Part shown: piece after piece, positions 1 through 9,623 of the stretch
How positions within the stretch are numbered: position 1 is the first letter of the stretch
Layout of the letters: the number at the start of each line of letters is the position of its first letter
From: Clostridiales bacterium
GTDB taxonomy: Bacteria > Bacillota > Clostridia > Lachnospirales > CAMVHY01
Reading direction: 5' to 3'
DNA length: 60,570 nucleotides
Assembly: GCA_031265515.1 (NCBI GenBank)
Contig: JAISCN010000028.1
Span: 1-60,570 of the forward strand
Position numbers and translations under genes: made by a program
The notes under the pieces: model-generated
Database searches by the model: none
What the model was told of the DNA's origin: nothing
Seen by the model: the letters and a program-made list of their open reading frames with translations, nothing else

Positions 1-87
1 AAAGTTGATGAGTTATTTAAACAAGCAGAACTAGATGCAAAAAAAAGATATGAATCTTATAAAAAATTAGCTAATTTTTATTTATAG
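1..87 (+). CDS. 3' end of a CDS entering from the left edge (...KVDELFKQAELDAKKRYESYKKLANFYL*); product cannot be assigned from 28 residues
   Basis: Frame 1 is open from position 1 to TAG at 85-87. It is absent from the ORF track because it is truncated by the window edge. Confidence 0.4.
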   Translation, partial: KVDELFKQAELDAKKRYESYKKLANFYL

Positions 88-153
88 TTATTTTTGATTT
101 TGCCTTATTTTATTCTATAGTTTGTTTAGTAATTGTTTTTTAAATTTTCCAGA

Positions 154-1233
154 TTAATTTAATATATCATTGTAAAGTTTTAAGGTTTCTTCGCTCATTT
201 TCTCCAAAGAAAATCTTTTATTTATGCTGTTGCGTGCATGGATAGATAATTTTTTTCTAGTTAAAGCTTTATTGTAAACTTTTTTTAGTGCTAAAAAAAT
301 TTCATACGCATTATTTTTTTCTACCAGTAATCCGTTAAATTTATTTTTTATAATTTCCTCAGGACCTCCGCATTTGGTTGATATACACACGCATCCTGCA
401 CTCATAGCTTCGAGTAAAGACAACGACAACGCTTCTTGATTAGAACTCAAAACATAAACGTCCAGCAAATTATAAACTTCTTCTAGGTTTTTAAAAAAAC
501 CCATGAAAACAATATTATTGTTCATGTTTAATTTATCTGTATAATTTTTTAAATGCTCTTTTTGTGAGCCTTCACCAAAAATCAAAAATTTTGTTTTTGA
601 ATTTATTTTATCTACAAAGAGTTTAGCTGCGCGTATAAAAATATCTATATTTTTAATCTTTTCAAGTCTAGACACACATCCGACAGTAAATATGCTTTCT
701 AAATTATATATTTTTTTTAACTTTTTTTTATTTTTACTATTATGAATATTTACTTTTTTAATTCCATTATAAATAACTTTTATTTTTTTTTCAGATATTC
801 CTGAATCAACTAAACTTTTTTTCGTAGAATTCGAGACAGCAATTATCGCATCGCATAAAAAATTATTTATAATTTTGAAAAATAAACAAAAACACCCGTC
901 GCATATCCAATGACGAGTGTATATTATTTTTATATTCAACAATCTGGCTGCTATTCTAGCGGACAAACAAGCGTGCGTATGAATCAAATCCGGTTTTTCT
1001 TTCAAAAATAAACACACAAATTTAAAGACTGATATCAAATCAAAAGACTTGCTTAGATTTTCAATTTCAAAAATTCTGACTTTTTTGTATCTAAAAAAAC
1101 ATAACAAAAAACTCTCAGAAGGAACTACCAATCCTAAATCAATTTCGCTTTTGTTCAGAAATTCTAACAAACTACACGCCGAAACACCAGCGCCACCAAC
1201 ATTTTTGTCCGTAACAACATGGAACACTTTCAT
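154..1233 (-). CDS. glycosyltransferase, GT4-type (GT-B fold)
   Basis: 359-aa ORF. N-terminal 'VGGAGV' and C-terminal 'EALSLSLLEAMSAGCVCISTKCGGPEEII..GLLV' match the EX7E signature of retaining GT4 enzymes. Confidence 0.85.
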   Translation of the reverse strand: MKVFHVVTDKNVGGAGVSACSLLEFLNKSEIDLGLVVPSESFLLCFFRYKKVRIFEIENLSKSFDLISVFKFVCLFLKEKPDLIHTHACLSARIAARLLNIKIIYTRHWICDGCFCLFFKIINNFLCDAIIAVSNSTKKSLVDSGISEKKIKVIYNGIKKVNIHNSKNKKKLKKIYNLESIFTVGCVSRLEKIKNIDIFIRAAKLFVDKINSKTKFLIFGEGSQKEHLKNYTDKLNMNNNIVFMGFFKNLEEVYNLLDVYVLSSNQEALSLSLLEAMSAGCVCISTKCGGPEEIIKNKFNGLLVEKNNAYEIFLALKKVYNKALTRKKLSIHARNSINKRFSLEKMSEETLKLYNDILN

Positions 1234-1283
1234 ACTAAATTAATACCAAAACAATTGTGAAAAACCCAGTTTTATAAAGACTC

Positions 1284-1499
1284 TTATCTCTTTCCAATTC
1301 TGACAACATTCGAAGCTTGCGGACCTTTATCGCCTTTTACTATATCAAATTCAACCTTTTCGCCTTCTTCTAATGATTTATAACCGTCCGAAATAATGGC
1401 AGAAAAGTGAACAAAAATATCCTCTCCGCTTTCAACAGATATAAAACCAAACCCTTTTTCAGAGTTGAACCATTTTACGGTGCCTTGCTTTGAAGCCAT
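1284..1499 (-). CDS. csp: cold-shock protein, CspA family
   Basis: 71 aa. '[15 protein letters not shown]' (RNP1) and 'DIFVHFSAI' (RNP2) are textbook CSD motifs. Confidence 0.95.
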   Translation of the reverse strand: MASKQGTVKWFNSEKGFGFISVESGEDIFVHFSAIISDGYKSLEEGEKVEFDIVKGDKGPQASNVVRIGKR

Positions 1500-1835
1500 T
1501 AAGAAAAATCCTCCTGAGGACTAAAAAAATAATTTATTGCGATTCAAAATTTATCATACGACATTTTTTTGTCAAGCATACTCTTATTACACGAATTGCA
1601 AAAAACTTCATGCAAAAAATATTTATATAAGAACGGGACAACCAAAGCGCTGATTGTATCTTAGATTTTTTGATGAAACAATAATTTTTTCGAGTAAATT
1701 TCGCCAAATAAAATATTTTAAATTTATTAATTTTTATAATACAGATAATTTAAAAATTGACGATAAACAAAATATGATTAAAATTATTTTGATTATAAGA
1801 TTATAGTAAATAAAAAACAAAATGGAGATTATGCG

Positions 1836-2258
1836 ATTCTGAGTAACGATTGTATATTTTGCAAAATAATAAAGAATGAAGTAAAGTCTCATAAAATTTT
1901 TGAGAACGACATTTTAATTGTGATACTAGATATTTATGCTGATAATTTAGGTCACAGTCTAGTGATTCCAAAAATTCATAGGGAGAGTATTTTTTGCATC
2001 GAAGATAATATTTTATCAGATTGTTTTATAACATCTCAAAAAATCGCTAAAGCTATCATCGATTTAAATTTATGCGATGGATTAAATATTTTACAAAACA
2101 ATAATATATCTGCCGGACAAACTGTTAATCATTTTCACATTCATATTATTCCTAGATTTTCTAAAGATAACATAAAGATTTCATGGCAAAATAAAAATAA
2201 TAACGAGAATGATTTAGTTGATGTCGCTATTAAAATTAAAAATAAAATAAAACAATAG
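1836..2258 (+). CDS. HIT-family (histidine triad) nucleotide hydrolase; start probably non-canonical (ATT 1836 or CTG 1839)
   Basis: Histidine triad 'NHFHIHIIPR'. The conserved N-terminal 'NDCIFCKIIKNEVKSHKIFENDILI' is encoded in frame upstream of the track start (GTG 1920). There is no ATG/GTG/TTG between the in-frame stop (1779-1781) and 1920. GGAGA at 1824-1828 lies 7 nt before ATT 1836. Confidence 0.8.
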   Translation: MLSNDCIFCKIIKNEVKSHKIFENDILIVILDIYADNLGHSLVIPKIHRESIFCIEDNILSDCFITSQKIAKAIIDLNLCDGLNILQNNNISAGQTVNHFHIHIIPRFSKDNIKISWQNKNNNENDLVDVAIKIKNKIKQ

Positions 2259-2274
2259 ATTTACAAAATTTGAT

Positions 2275-3387
2275 ATGTTTATGACAAAAAAAGATATAAG
2301 CGTTTATATTCATATTCCGTTTTGTAAATCAAGATGTTTTTATTGCGATTTCGTATCAAACTTAAAGAATGAAAAAGAAATTGCACTGTATGTAAATAGC
2401 TTGTGTCGAGAAATAAATAATAATAAAATATTAAAAGAATTTAAAATAAAAACTTTATATATAGGAGGCGGAACACCAAGTTTTATAGATAAAAAATATA
2501 TTTATAAAATTCTTTCTTGTTTTGATTTAAACAATGCTTACGAAATTACTATAGAAACTAATCCTGAGAGTTTAACGTTAGAAAAAATTTTGTTTTACAA
2601 AAAAAATAGAATAAATCGAATAAGCATCGGATTGCAAACGACGAATAATTTATTACTAAAACAAATAAATAGAAAACATGATTTAAAAACTTTTAATGAA
2701 ATCTATTTTGTTGCTAAAAAATACTTTAAAAATATAAATATAGATTTAATTTTTGGTTTACCAGATCAAACTTTAGAAATGTTTTACAGAGATATTAGAT
2801 ACGTAGTAAATATAAAGCCAACACATATATCTTTATATAGTTTGAAAATCGAAAAGAATACTGTTTTTTTTGGTAAAAAATTAAATTTACCAGATGAAGA
2901 AACAGAAAGAAAAATGTATCACGATGCTATAGGAATTTTAAAAAAATCTAAATATTATCAATATGAAATATCTAATTTTTCTGTAAAAAATTTCGAATGT
3001 AAACATAATTTAATTTATTGGACATCAAAAAACTATTTAGGATTTGGATTATCTGCTCACAGTTTCATAAATAATCAAAGATTTAAGAACACCAGTAATT
3101 TTTATAAATATATTAAAAATCCTCTAAACGGTGTTGACAAAATGACAACATTAACTAATAAAAATTTGATAGAAGAGTTTGTTTTTTTAGGGTTGAGACT
3201 AAATGTTGGAGTATCAAAATTTAATTTTTATAAAAAATTTAAAATTAAAATAAACGAAGTTTACGATAAAGAAATAAAAAAATTAAAAAAAGAAAAAATA
3301 TTAATAGAAAATAAAAAAAGTATAGTATTGACTAAACTGGGTTTTGATTTAGCTAATTACGCTATGTCACAATTTATATTTGATTAA
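2275..3387 (+). CDS. hemW: radical SAM heme chaperone HemW (HemN-like, oxygen-independent coproporphyrinogen oxidase family)
   Basis: 370 aa. 'YIHIPFCKSRCFYCDF' is the CxxxCxxC radical-SAM motif. 'GGGTPS' and the HemN C-terminal domain layout are present. Confidence 0.9.
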   Translation: MFMTKKDISVYIHIPFCKSRCFYCDFVSNLKNEKEIALYVNSLCREINNNKILKEFKIKTLYIGGGTPSFIDKKYIYKILSCFDLNNAYEITIETNPESLTLEKILFYKKNRINRISIGLQTTNNLLLKQINRKHDLKTFNEIYFVAKKYFKNINIDLIFGLPDQTLEMFYRDIRYVVNIKPTHISLYSLKIEKNTVFFGKKLNLPDEETERKMYHDAIGILKKSKYYQYEISNFSVKNFECKHNLIYWTSKNYLGFGLSAHSFINNQRFKNTSNFYKYIKNPLNGVDKMTTLTNKNLIEEFVFLGLRLNVGVSKFNFYKKFKIKINEVYDKEIKKLKKEKILIENKKSIVLTKLGFDLANYAMSQFIFD

Positions 3388-3417
3388 TCTTAAGTAAATT
3401 TTATTATCCCGATTTTT

Positions 3418-3446
3418 TTGACAAATTAAATATCTTATGATTAAAT
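3418..3446 (+). promoter_or_regulatory. putative sigma-A type promoter for orphan gene 3480-4325
   Basis: TTGACA (3418-3423), 17-nt spacer, then TGaTTAAAT (extended -10; hexamer 3441-3446). AAGGAG RBS at 3467-3472 lies 7 nt before ATG 3480. Confidence 0.4.
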
Positions 3447-3479
3447 TATATTAGATAAATTTTATAAAGGAGTCTAAAA

Positions 3480-4325
3480 ATGTTACAACAGACTGAATCT
3501 GACATGAGACGCGAAGATGAAATGATGGGAAGAGAACTTCTAACAGGAGGTATGAGACGTGAAGATGAAGTGATAAGAAGAGAAGCTATCAGAAGAGAAG
3601 GAGAACTTCCAGAAAGAGATATAGAGCGCGAAAATGAAATGATGGTAAGAGAGTTCAACGTTCAGCAAAGAGAACGGATAAGAATAGATCGGATGGTAAC
3701 GGATGACATATACAAAATTATTTTAGCATCTGTTTCTGCTTTTAGTTGTGCTTCTCTGAGTTGTGTTTTTCTCTTACCGCTTTATGCTGCTACGCCTGTG
3801 TCTGCACTTTACATGCTATCTGAAATTGAAAATTTAAAACTAAAGCATTCTAAAGAAGTTGAGAATTTAAGAAAGCAGTTAGAAGATGTAAGTTATGAAT
3901 TATCAGTGAAAAGTTTTCAATTAGCAGAAAAAAATTCTGAATTAGCAAAGAAAAGTTCTGAATCGGAAGAAAAAAGTTCTGAAATCAAATTTCTAAAAGA
4001 ATTTATTGAAGAAAAGGAGTCTTATCTTGCACAGTGCACAAGTGAGTTTCTTGAAAAAATGCGTTATCAAGAAATGACATTTTCAAGTTTATCTAGATCA
4101 TTTAGGTTTGAAAAGGATAAACATCGACGTGAAGTAAGTGAATTAAAACGAAAAATAGAAGAGTTAAAAAATCAAAGACCTCGTTCGATTGTCAGTGATG
4201 AAATATTTTCAATAGAACCACAAAAACGTTTTCCGTCTTCAGTTCTTGAAATGACAGCTCAAATTCGCAAACTTGGAATAATGGCGGAAGAACTAGAAAA
4301 TTCCATATCGGAAACTACTAGATAG
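3480..4325 (+). CDS. orphan membrane-associated coiled-coil protein: R/E-rich N-terminal repeats, an internal hydrophobic segment of about 37 aa, and a C-terminal coiled coil
   Basis: 281 aa with a strong RBS. Three imperfect tandem units of about 17 aa (MRREDEMMGRELL / MRREDEVIRREAI / IERENEMMVREF; nt ~3504-3668). Hydrophobic 'IYKIILASVSAFSCASLSCVFLLPLYAATPVSALYML' (nt 3708-3818). Heptad-like E/K/S/L-rich tail with an 'EK(N/S)SE' triplet repeat. I recognise no family. Confidence 0.75.
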   Translation: MLQQTESDMRREDEMMGRELLTGGMRREDEVIRREAIRREGELPERDIERENEMMVREFNVQQRERIRIDRMVTDDIYKIILASVSAFSCASLSCVFLLPLYAATPVSALYMLSEIENLKLKHSKEVENLRKQLEDVSYELSVKSFQLAEKNSELAKKSSESEEKSSEIKFLKEFIEEKESYLAQCTSEFLEKMRYQEMTFSSLSRSFRFEKDKHRREVSELKRKIEELKNQRPRSIVSDEIFSIEPQKRFPSSVLEMTAQIRKLGIMAEELENSISETTR

Positions 4326-4443
4326 ATCGATATAACTTGTCGCAATTTTTTTGAGATTTTAATAAATATATTAAAATTATGTTTAATTATAGTTTATTTG
4401 TTTAAAATATAATTAAAAATATTTAGAGGATGTAATAAAATTT

Positions 4444-5028
4444 ATGCAATTTGCTATGAATGTATTTCTTTTCCCAGGTGAGTATTGGTCTCTTTATGAA
4501 CGTTTGGTATCATTTTACGAATATTTATGTGGGTGTCCTTTACAAATACAACGTATCGAAGATCCTGCATTTAAGGAAAGGAATGAAGATCTTGAAGAAT
4601 TTAGATCAGAAGCTGAAGAAAGTTTAAAACTTCTTCAAGCAGGCGAAAGGTATGTTTTTGAGTGTAAAGCTATATATCCAAACGAAGAAGAGTGGAAAAA
4701 AGAATTTGAGTGTCATTTTTTCACTTTTTATGGACCTACACACTTATCCATTATCGATATGATACCACTTATAAAAAGAAATCTTGAAAATATAGGAAAT
4801 TCAGAAGTCAACACACTAATCCATCACCTTGAAAAAATTAGTTTCTCAGGGAATAAACGGAAAATGGAAATGTCGCTTAAAGTGATTTACGATCTTATCA
4901 AAGAGAAAAAAGATTTACAGCAAATGAAGGTTTCTTTAAGTGATGTAGTGAGATACGCATATAGTATTTCAGATAAAGAGTATGATGAAAGGATTAATGC
5001 AGATCGAGAAAGATATTTAGAAAAATAA
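4444..5028 (+). CDS. orphan soluble protein, co-directional partner of 3480-4325
   Basis: 194 aa with RBS AGAGGA upstream. E/K/C/F/Y-rich and not low-complexity. No TM segment and no recognisable motif. Confidence 0.65.
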   Translation: MQFAMNVFLFPGEYWSLYERLVSFYEYLCGCPLQIQRIEDPAFKERNEDLEEFRSEAEESLKLLQAGERYVFECKAIYPNEEEWKKEFECHFFTFYGPTHLSIIDMIPLIKRNLENIGNSEVNTLIHHLEKISFSGNKRKMEMSLKVIYDLIKEKKDLQQMKVSLSDVVRYAYSISDKEYDERINADRERYLEK

Positions 5029-5577
5029 TTTAATAAAATTTTATTTGATATCCGATGTTTTTTTTGAATTTTTTTCTTTTTTGTAATTATTTTTTATTTA
5101 TATTTATTTGCTGTAGTAGTTTTTATATATTTTAATAACCCATTATTCTTAGCTAAGTTTTTATTAACATTTTTTTATTTCAGTGCTTAGGTTTGTCATT
5201 TCTTTAGTTCTTTATTATTTAATTATTTTAAAAATATTCTTTAAATTTTCTCTTGATAACTTAGAATTGTGGATATTTTTTTATCTTTAAAAAATTCTGC
5301 TTATTGTTACATTCGCGTTTAATTAGCATATGGTTGTTTAAAGAAACTCTTTTTATCGCTATACACATTTAAAAGTTTTTTTAGAAATTTACATGAACTA
5401 TGTATTCTAGAATATTTACATTCATTTTGTCTCTGAAAATTCTTTTAAAAACTAGATTACGACTGGGACAAATATTTCTGGTTCTATAAATCATCAACCA
5501 ACCCCTGAACTTATTTTTCTATAAGTTATAATATAAACTACAGTATTTGTAATTTTCAGCAGAATATAAATATATTA

Positions 5578-6276
5578 TTAAGAATTTTTGTTATAGTTCT
5601 CAATCTCGAATCTGAGTCTATCGTTGAGTATTTTAATATAAGTTCCTTTAACACCAAGCGATCTCGTTTCTACTACTCCTGCACTTTCTAATTTTCTTAG
5701 TGCATTAACAGTCACAGATCGGGCATACCCATTTTCATCTGCTATTTTACTTGCCACTATAAATCCTTCGTTGTTGCTTAACGAATTAAGTACTTGCCTC
5801 ACTACATCAATTTCAGTAAAAGACAAAGAATTTAAAACATATTTTATTGTTTGATTTTTTCTTTTTTCATCATGATTAATACTTAATTTAAAATTTTTGT
5901 CTGCGATTGCAGCGTTATTTGCACACAATTCAGCACTTAATTTTTCTTCTTCTGTAAAATCTCCTTCTGATTTTAATAACCATAAACTATTTCCATTTCC
6001 AGTAGGAATAACAGCGGCACAATAGTTATCAATTTTAAGACCATATTGAGAAGAGTTTATGCTCTTGAATTTATTGATAGTTTCTTTTTGATTATTTAAA
6101 ACTACATCGCCAGAGTGATCAACAATACTTTCTAATTTGTGGTCGACCCACATAACGTGAGCACCCGAAAATTTTTTTGCAACACCTAAAATACTTTTAA
6201 TATGATCTTTATTATTTAATGAGCTATGCGCATTATCATTCAGTTCTTTTATAACTTCATAAATATTTTTATTCAT
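5578..6276 (-). CDS. codY: GTP/BCAA-sensing global regulator CodY (shortened N-terminal GAF region)
   Basis: The C-terminal wHTH 'ASKIADENGYARSVTVNALRKLESAGVVETRSLGVKGTYIKILN' is nearly the canonical CodY DNA-binding region. 232 aa. GGAGA RBS. Confidence 0.9.
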   Translation of the reverse strand: MNKNIYEVIKELNDNAHSSLNNKDHIKSILGVAKKFSGAHVMWVDHKLESIVDHSGDVVLNNQKETINKFKSINSSQYGLKIDNYCAAVIPTGNGNSLWLLKSEGDFTEEEKLSAELCANNAAIADKNFKLSINHDEKRKNQTIKYVLNSLSFTEIDVVRQVLNSLSNNEGFIVASKIADENGYARSVTVNALRKLESAGVVETRSLGVKGTYIKILNDRLRFEIENYNKNS

Positions 6277-6600
6277 AAAAAAAACAAATCTCCTTAAAAT
6301 TAAGTAAAATAAATATTAAAATAAAAAGTAAAACAAATTAAAAATATATTAAAAAATAAGAATAGATAATATTGTATTATTTTTTTCTAAATTTCACTTT
6401 ATTTAATAATTTCACTAATTTTAAAAATTTAACAAAAAAAATAAAAACAAAAAATAAAATTTTTCTACAAAAAAACAATATTTTTTGGATTTTTTGTTTG
6501 ATAATAACATCATAAATAATCTTTTAGGATTTTTATTAGTATCTTTTTGTATAAAATTGGCTTTGTTTTTAAAATTAATATTCTGCAATTGTTTTTTTGT

Positions 6601-7035
6601 TTAACGATTACTTATCTTTGCTAGTAAAGTTCCCAATACAATAAACGGTGCAAATGGTATCGTATCGTTTTTATTTTTTAAGCCTAAAATTATTAAAATG
6701 CATGAAAATATAGACGCGCTGATTACAGAAATCATAAAAGTTAATAAATTTTTTCTAAAACCTAAAAATAATCCCGTTATAAAAAATAATTTTATATCTC
6801 CTGCACCAAAAGATTTTTTTATTAATTTTGTTAATATAAACATAGGTAACGAAACTATAAGCGACCCAAAAATCATGTCTCTAATATCAATATCTTTACG
6901 AAAAAGTAATTTTAATATAATCAAAAATAATAATAAAACTATACTTTTATCGTGTATTATAAAAGTTTTTATATCGATTAAAGATATCATAAAAAGTATT
7001 ATAAAAATTAAGATATCAATTAAAATTTCTAGCAT
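6601..7035 (-). CDS. A24-family prepilin-type aspartic peptidase (peptidase domain only)
   Basis: 144-aa polytopic protein. 'LIDIKTFIIHD' and 'GAGDIKLF' match the two catalytic-Asp motifs of type IV prepilin peptidases. Confidence 0.65.
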   Translation of the reverse strand: MLEILIDILIFIILFMISLIDIKTFIIHDKSIVLLLFLIILKLLFRKDIDIRDMIFGSLIVSLPMFILTKLIKKSFGAGDIKLFFITGLFLGFRKNLLTFMISVISASIFSCILIILGLKNKNDTIPFAPFIVLGTLLAKISNR

Positions 7036-7052
7036 GTGATAAATATAAACAT

Positions 7053-8159
7053 ATGTTTAAATTCGGAAAAACAAGTTACTTAATAATAATCGTTGTAAGT
7101 TTATTATCTGTTTGTGGAATAATTTCAATAAGTAGTGCAACACACTCTTTTAATAAAATATCTAACGAATTATCTAGTCAACTGAATTGGATTATACTTG
7201 GATTTTTAGCGGTTTTTATCTTTTCGATAATTGACCATGAAATATTATCTAAATCTTATTTTTTTATATATATTTTTAATTTAGTTTTATTGTTAGGAGT
7301 CATTTTTTTTGGAAAAAATATAAACAATTCTACTCGTTGGCTAAAATTAGGTAAAATTTCGATTCAACCGTCTGAGTTCTCAAAAATATTTATGATAATA
7401 TCTTTGTCGGGCTTTGCTCAAAACAGAAATATCAATAAAATAAAAAATCTTTTTTTATCAATAATTTTAGTTTTGATACCCGTTGCGATGATATTAAAAC
7501 AACCGTCACTTTCCTCAGCCGTCACTATCTTATCGATTTGTTTTGCAATACTTTTCGCGGCTGGTTTAAAATATAATTATATATTAAAAACTATATTATT
7601 TTTATTTCCAGCTATATTATTTTTGGCTGTTGATTTAATGTTAGAAAATCATATAATAATTCATAGATTTTTAAAAAAATATCAAATTACAAGAATAGTA
7701 TCTTTATTTAAGACTGATAAATATAGCCAAAGTTTTTATCAGACGCGAAATTCTATTCTTGCGATTGGTTCTGGGAAAATATTTGGTCACGGATTTTATG
7801 GCGGTACAATAAACAAATTAAATTACTTACCCGAATCGCATAACGATTTTATATTTTCAGTAATAGGAGAAGATTTTGGATTTCTAGGTTGTGTCTTAGT
7901 TTTGTTTTTGTTTTCGGTTCTTATAATTTTAATTTTAAAAGTCGCTAAAAAATCAAAAACACGATTTACGAGATTAATATTATCTGGAGTAGCCTCTATG
8001 TTTGGATTTCAAGTATTCGTAAACATCGGCGTCTCCATTGGTATATTACCCAACACCGGAATGTCGCTGCCCTTTATAAGCTACGGCGGGAGTTCGACTA
8101 TAGCAAATATGATTTGCATCGGTATAATTTTAAATATAATAAAATCTTATAAATTATAA
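7053..8159 (+). CDS. SEDS-family peptidoglycan polymerase (FtsW/RodA/SpoVE)
   Basis: 368 aa with about 10 TM segments. Motifs 'QPSEFSKI', 'LPESHNDFIFSVIGEDFGFLG', 'GMSLPFISYGGSS'. Confidence 0.9.
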   Translation: MFKFGKTSYLIIIVVSLLSVCGIISISSATHSFNKISNELSSQLNWIILGFLAVFIFSIIDHEILSKSYFFIYIFNLVLLLGVIFFGKNINNSTRWLKLGKISIQPSEFSKIFMIISLSGFAQNRNINKIKNLFLSIILVLIPVAMILKQPSLSSAVTILSICFAILFAAGLKYNYILKTILFLFPAILFLAVDLMLENHIIIHRFLKKYQITRIVSLFKTDKYSQSFYQTRNSILAIGSGKIFGHGFYGGTINKLNYLPESHNDFIFSVIGEDFGFLGCVLVLFLFSVLIILILKVAKKSKTRFTRLILSGVASMFGFQVFVNIGVSIGILPNTGMSLPFISYGGSSTIANMICIGIILNIIKSYKL

Positions 8160-8429
8160 AATTTTGATTGAATTTATTTCTTTAGATATTATTTTCTTAT
8201 GTTGATTAATAACTCTAGGTATAAAAATTATTTTAGAACTTTTATTGTTTAATTCAAGGACAAGATAAATTCCATAAAAATTTAAGTCAACGATTTTTTT
8301 TAAAGAAATTTAGCGAAATATTTTTAAAATCATAAATAATAAAGTTAAGAAAATAAAAAATAGTTTTGTAAAAAGAGAAAAAGATTTTAGTGAAATAAAT
8401 TTAAATAGTTAGTTTTATAAACCAAATAT

Positions 8430-9173
8430 TTAGATGACTAGTTTTTGCGGATGTTTTAGTTTATCTAAGCACAACTTAGTTATAGAACAAACCAAAAAAA
8501 ATAACGACAAACCAGCCGTGAAACTTAAACCTATAAATACAGAATTTAATCCAATTTTTAAAAGATTTTTAGCACTTAAGTAAATTAATGAACCACCGGT
8601 GCCTAACAAAGATACTAAAGAAATACAAACAAAAAATTTACACGGACTTTTACATGAATATTTGAATTTATCTAATTCTTGAACCCCTTCTGGTGTTTTT
8701 GAAATTATTGCTTCTTTTCCGCCGGACCGTTTAATAGTTTCTTTGAATTCTTCTACCTTGCGCTTAGTTCTGTATAAAGCACTTTCAAATAAAATTACGT
8801 TAGATTCTAACTTGATACAAAATGCTTTTATAGTTTCAAAGTATTCGTCATATGATGTTGGGAATGAATATTTCGGTATAATACTTCTTATCGTTGAAGT
8901 GGGGCCTTCTAATGTACGTATTACGTTATCGACAATGTATTTCAAATTCGTTTCATTATTTTTAATTGCTATTAATTCTTCAAACAAAGAAATTTGACCT
9001 GAAATAATTTCCTCGACGCTTATTAATAAATTAATTATTGGCTTTGTACTTGGTGATTGATTTTTTTGAAGTAATTTTATAAAATTTTCCACATTTTGTT
9101 TCATTGAAATAACATTTTCATGATGATTTTTTAGTCTTAAAACTGGGTTTAATTCCAATGCTGAGCATTGCAT
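8430..9173 (-). CDS. orphan protein with a C-terminal bilobed hydrophobic hairpin anchor (family member, motif class A)
   Basis: 247 aa, RBS AAAGGAG, no signal peptide. Helical N-domain. Anchor 'FFVCISLVSLLGTGGSLIYLSAKNLLKIGLNSVFIGLSFTAGLSLFFLVCSIT' (nt ~8481-8636) followed by the basic tail 'KLCLDKLKHPQKLVI'. Confidence 0.75.
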   Translation of the reverse strand: MQCSALELNPVLRLKNHHENVISMKQNVENFIKLLQKNQSPSTKPIINLLISVEEIISGQISLFEELIAIKNNETNLKYIVDNVIRTLEGPTSTIRSIIPKYSFPTSYDEYFETIKAFCIKLESNVILFESALYRTKRKVEEFKETIKRSGGKEAIISKTPEGVQELDKFKYSCKSPCKFFVCISLVSLLGTGGSLIYLSAKNLLKIGLNSVFIGLSFTAGLSLFFLVCSITKLCLDKLKHPQKLVI

Positions 9174-9249
9174 TTTTTAAATACTCCTTTTACAAATGAT
9201 TTTTTTTAAATGTTTCCGTATATTAAACATTATACTACAAATTACACAA

Positions 9250-9395
9250 TTATTAAAAGTTTTTATCTTACTATCGCTAGTATCAAAAACATCGCAAAAC
9301 AGAACGACGTTTTTTATCTCATTATCGTAAGCTCCAGCATTCATACATACAGATTCACCAATTGTTCTTGATATACTACAAAAATTCGAAGAATC
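9250..9395 (-). pseudogene. inverted, degenerate fragment of murB (internal segment, roughly MurB residues 125-172)
   Basis: The reverse complement reads '..SRTIGESVCMNAGAYDNEIKNVVLFCDVFDTSDSKIKTFNN'. MurB at 9995-10140 reads 'GTVGGSVCMNAGAYDSEMKNVVFSCDIFDTNDNEIKIFNN'. Identity is roughly 80-85% nt by eye over about 120 nt. There is no start codon or upstream coding continuity. Confidence 0.8.
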
Positions 9396-9623
9396 ATTAA
9401 TAAAATTACTTGTTGATAAGAAAATATAAAAAGTTTCTCAAATATTTAACTGATATTTTTACGGATGGCGCTAATTTTGAAAAAATTAATTTTTAACTAT
9501 TTGTCATCGTAAAAGATAACTAAATCTAGATATTAATTAATTTATATTTTTAAAATCAAAATAAAATATTTTTGCTTAGATATTTTTTGCAACGATTTAA
9601 GATAAATTGTAAAGAGGTGTTTT

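Noticed and set aside
1049-1243. 64-aa plus-strand ORF inside the GT4 gene. The many similar antisense ORFs in the track belong with it: 3446-3658, 6698-7039, 8743-8997, 10727-10987, 11207-11479, 12806-13048, 15876-16079, 16470-16778, 17343-17525, 19649-19942, 19970-20152, 20492-20674, 22324-22545, 22816-23019, 24196-24423, 24889-25269, 28037-28228, 28334-28528, 30235-30495, 32120-32350, 37702-37887, 43461-43667, 45060-45260, 49393-49683, 51223-51597, 52363-52554, 55523-55798, 55687-55920, 56893-57078, 58623-58835 and 59392-59607.
   Set aside because: All lie antisense to, or out of frame within, much longer ORFs that have recognisable products. They have low-complexity F/I/L/S/K translations typical of shadow frames in AT-rich DNA, and no RBS.
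5029-5577. About 550 nt of ORF-free DNA between orphan 4444-5028 and the end of codY, considered as a degraded gene or an ncRNA.
   Set aside because: I could find no residual reading frame, no repeat, no convincing secondary structure and no promoter/terminator pair. It may be decayed sequence, but nothing supports a specific call.
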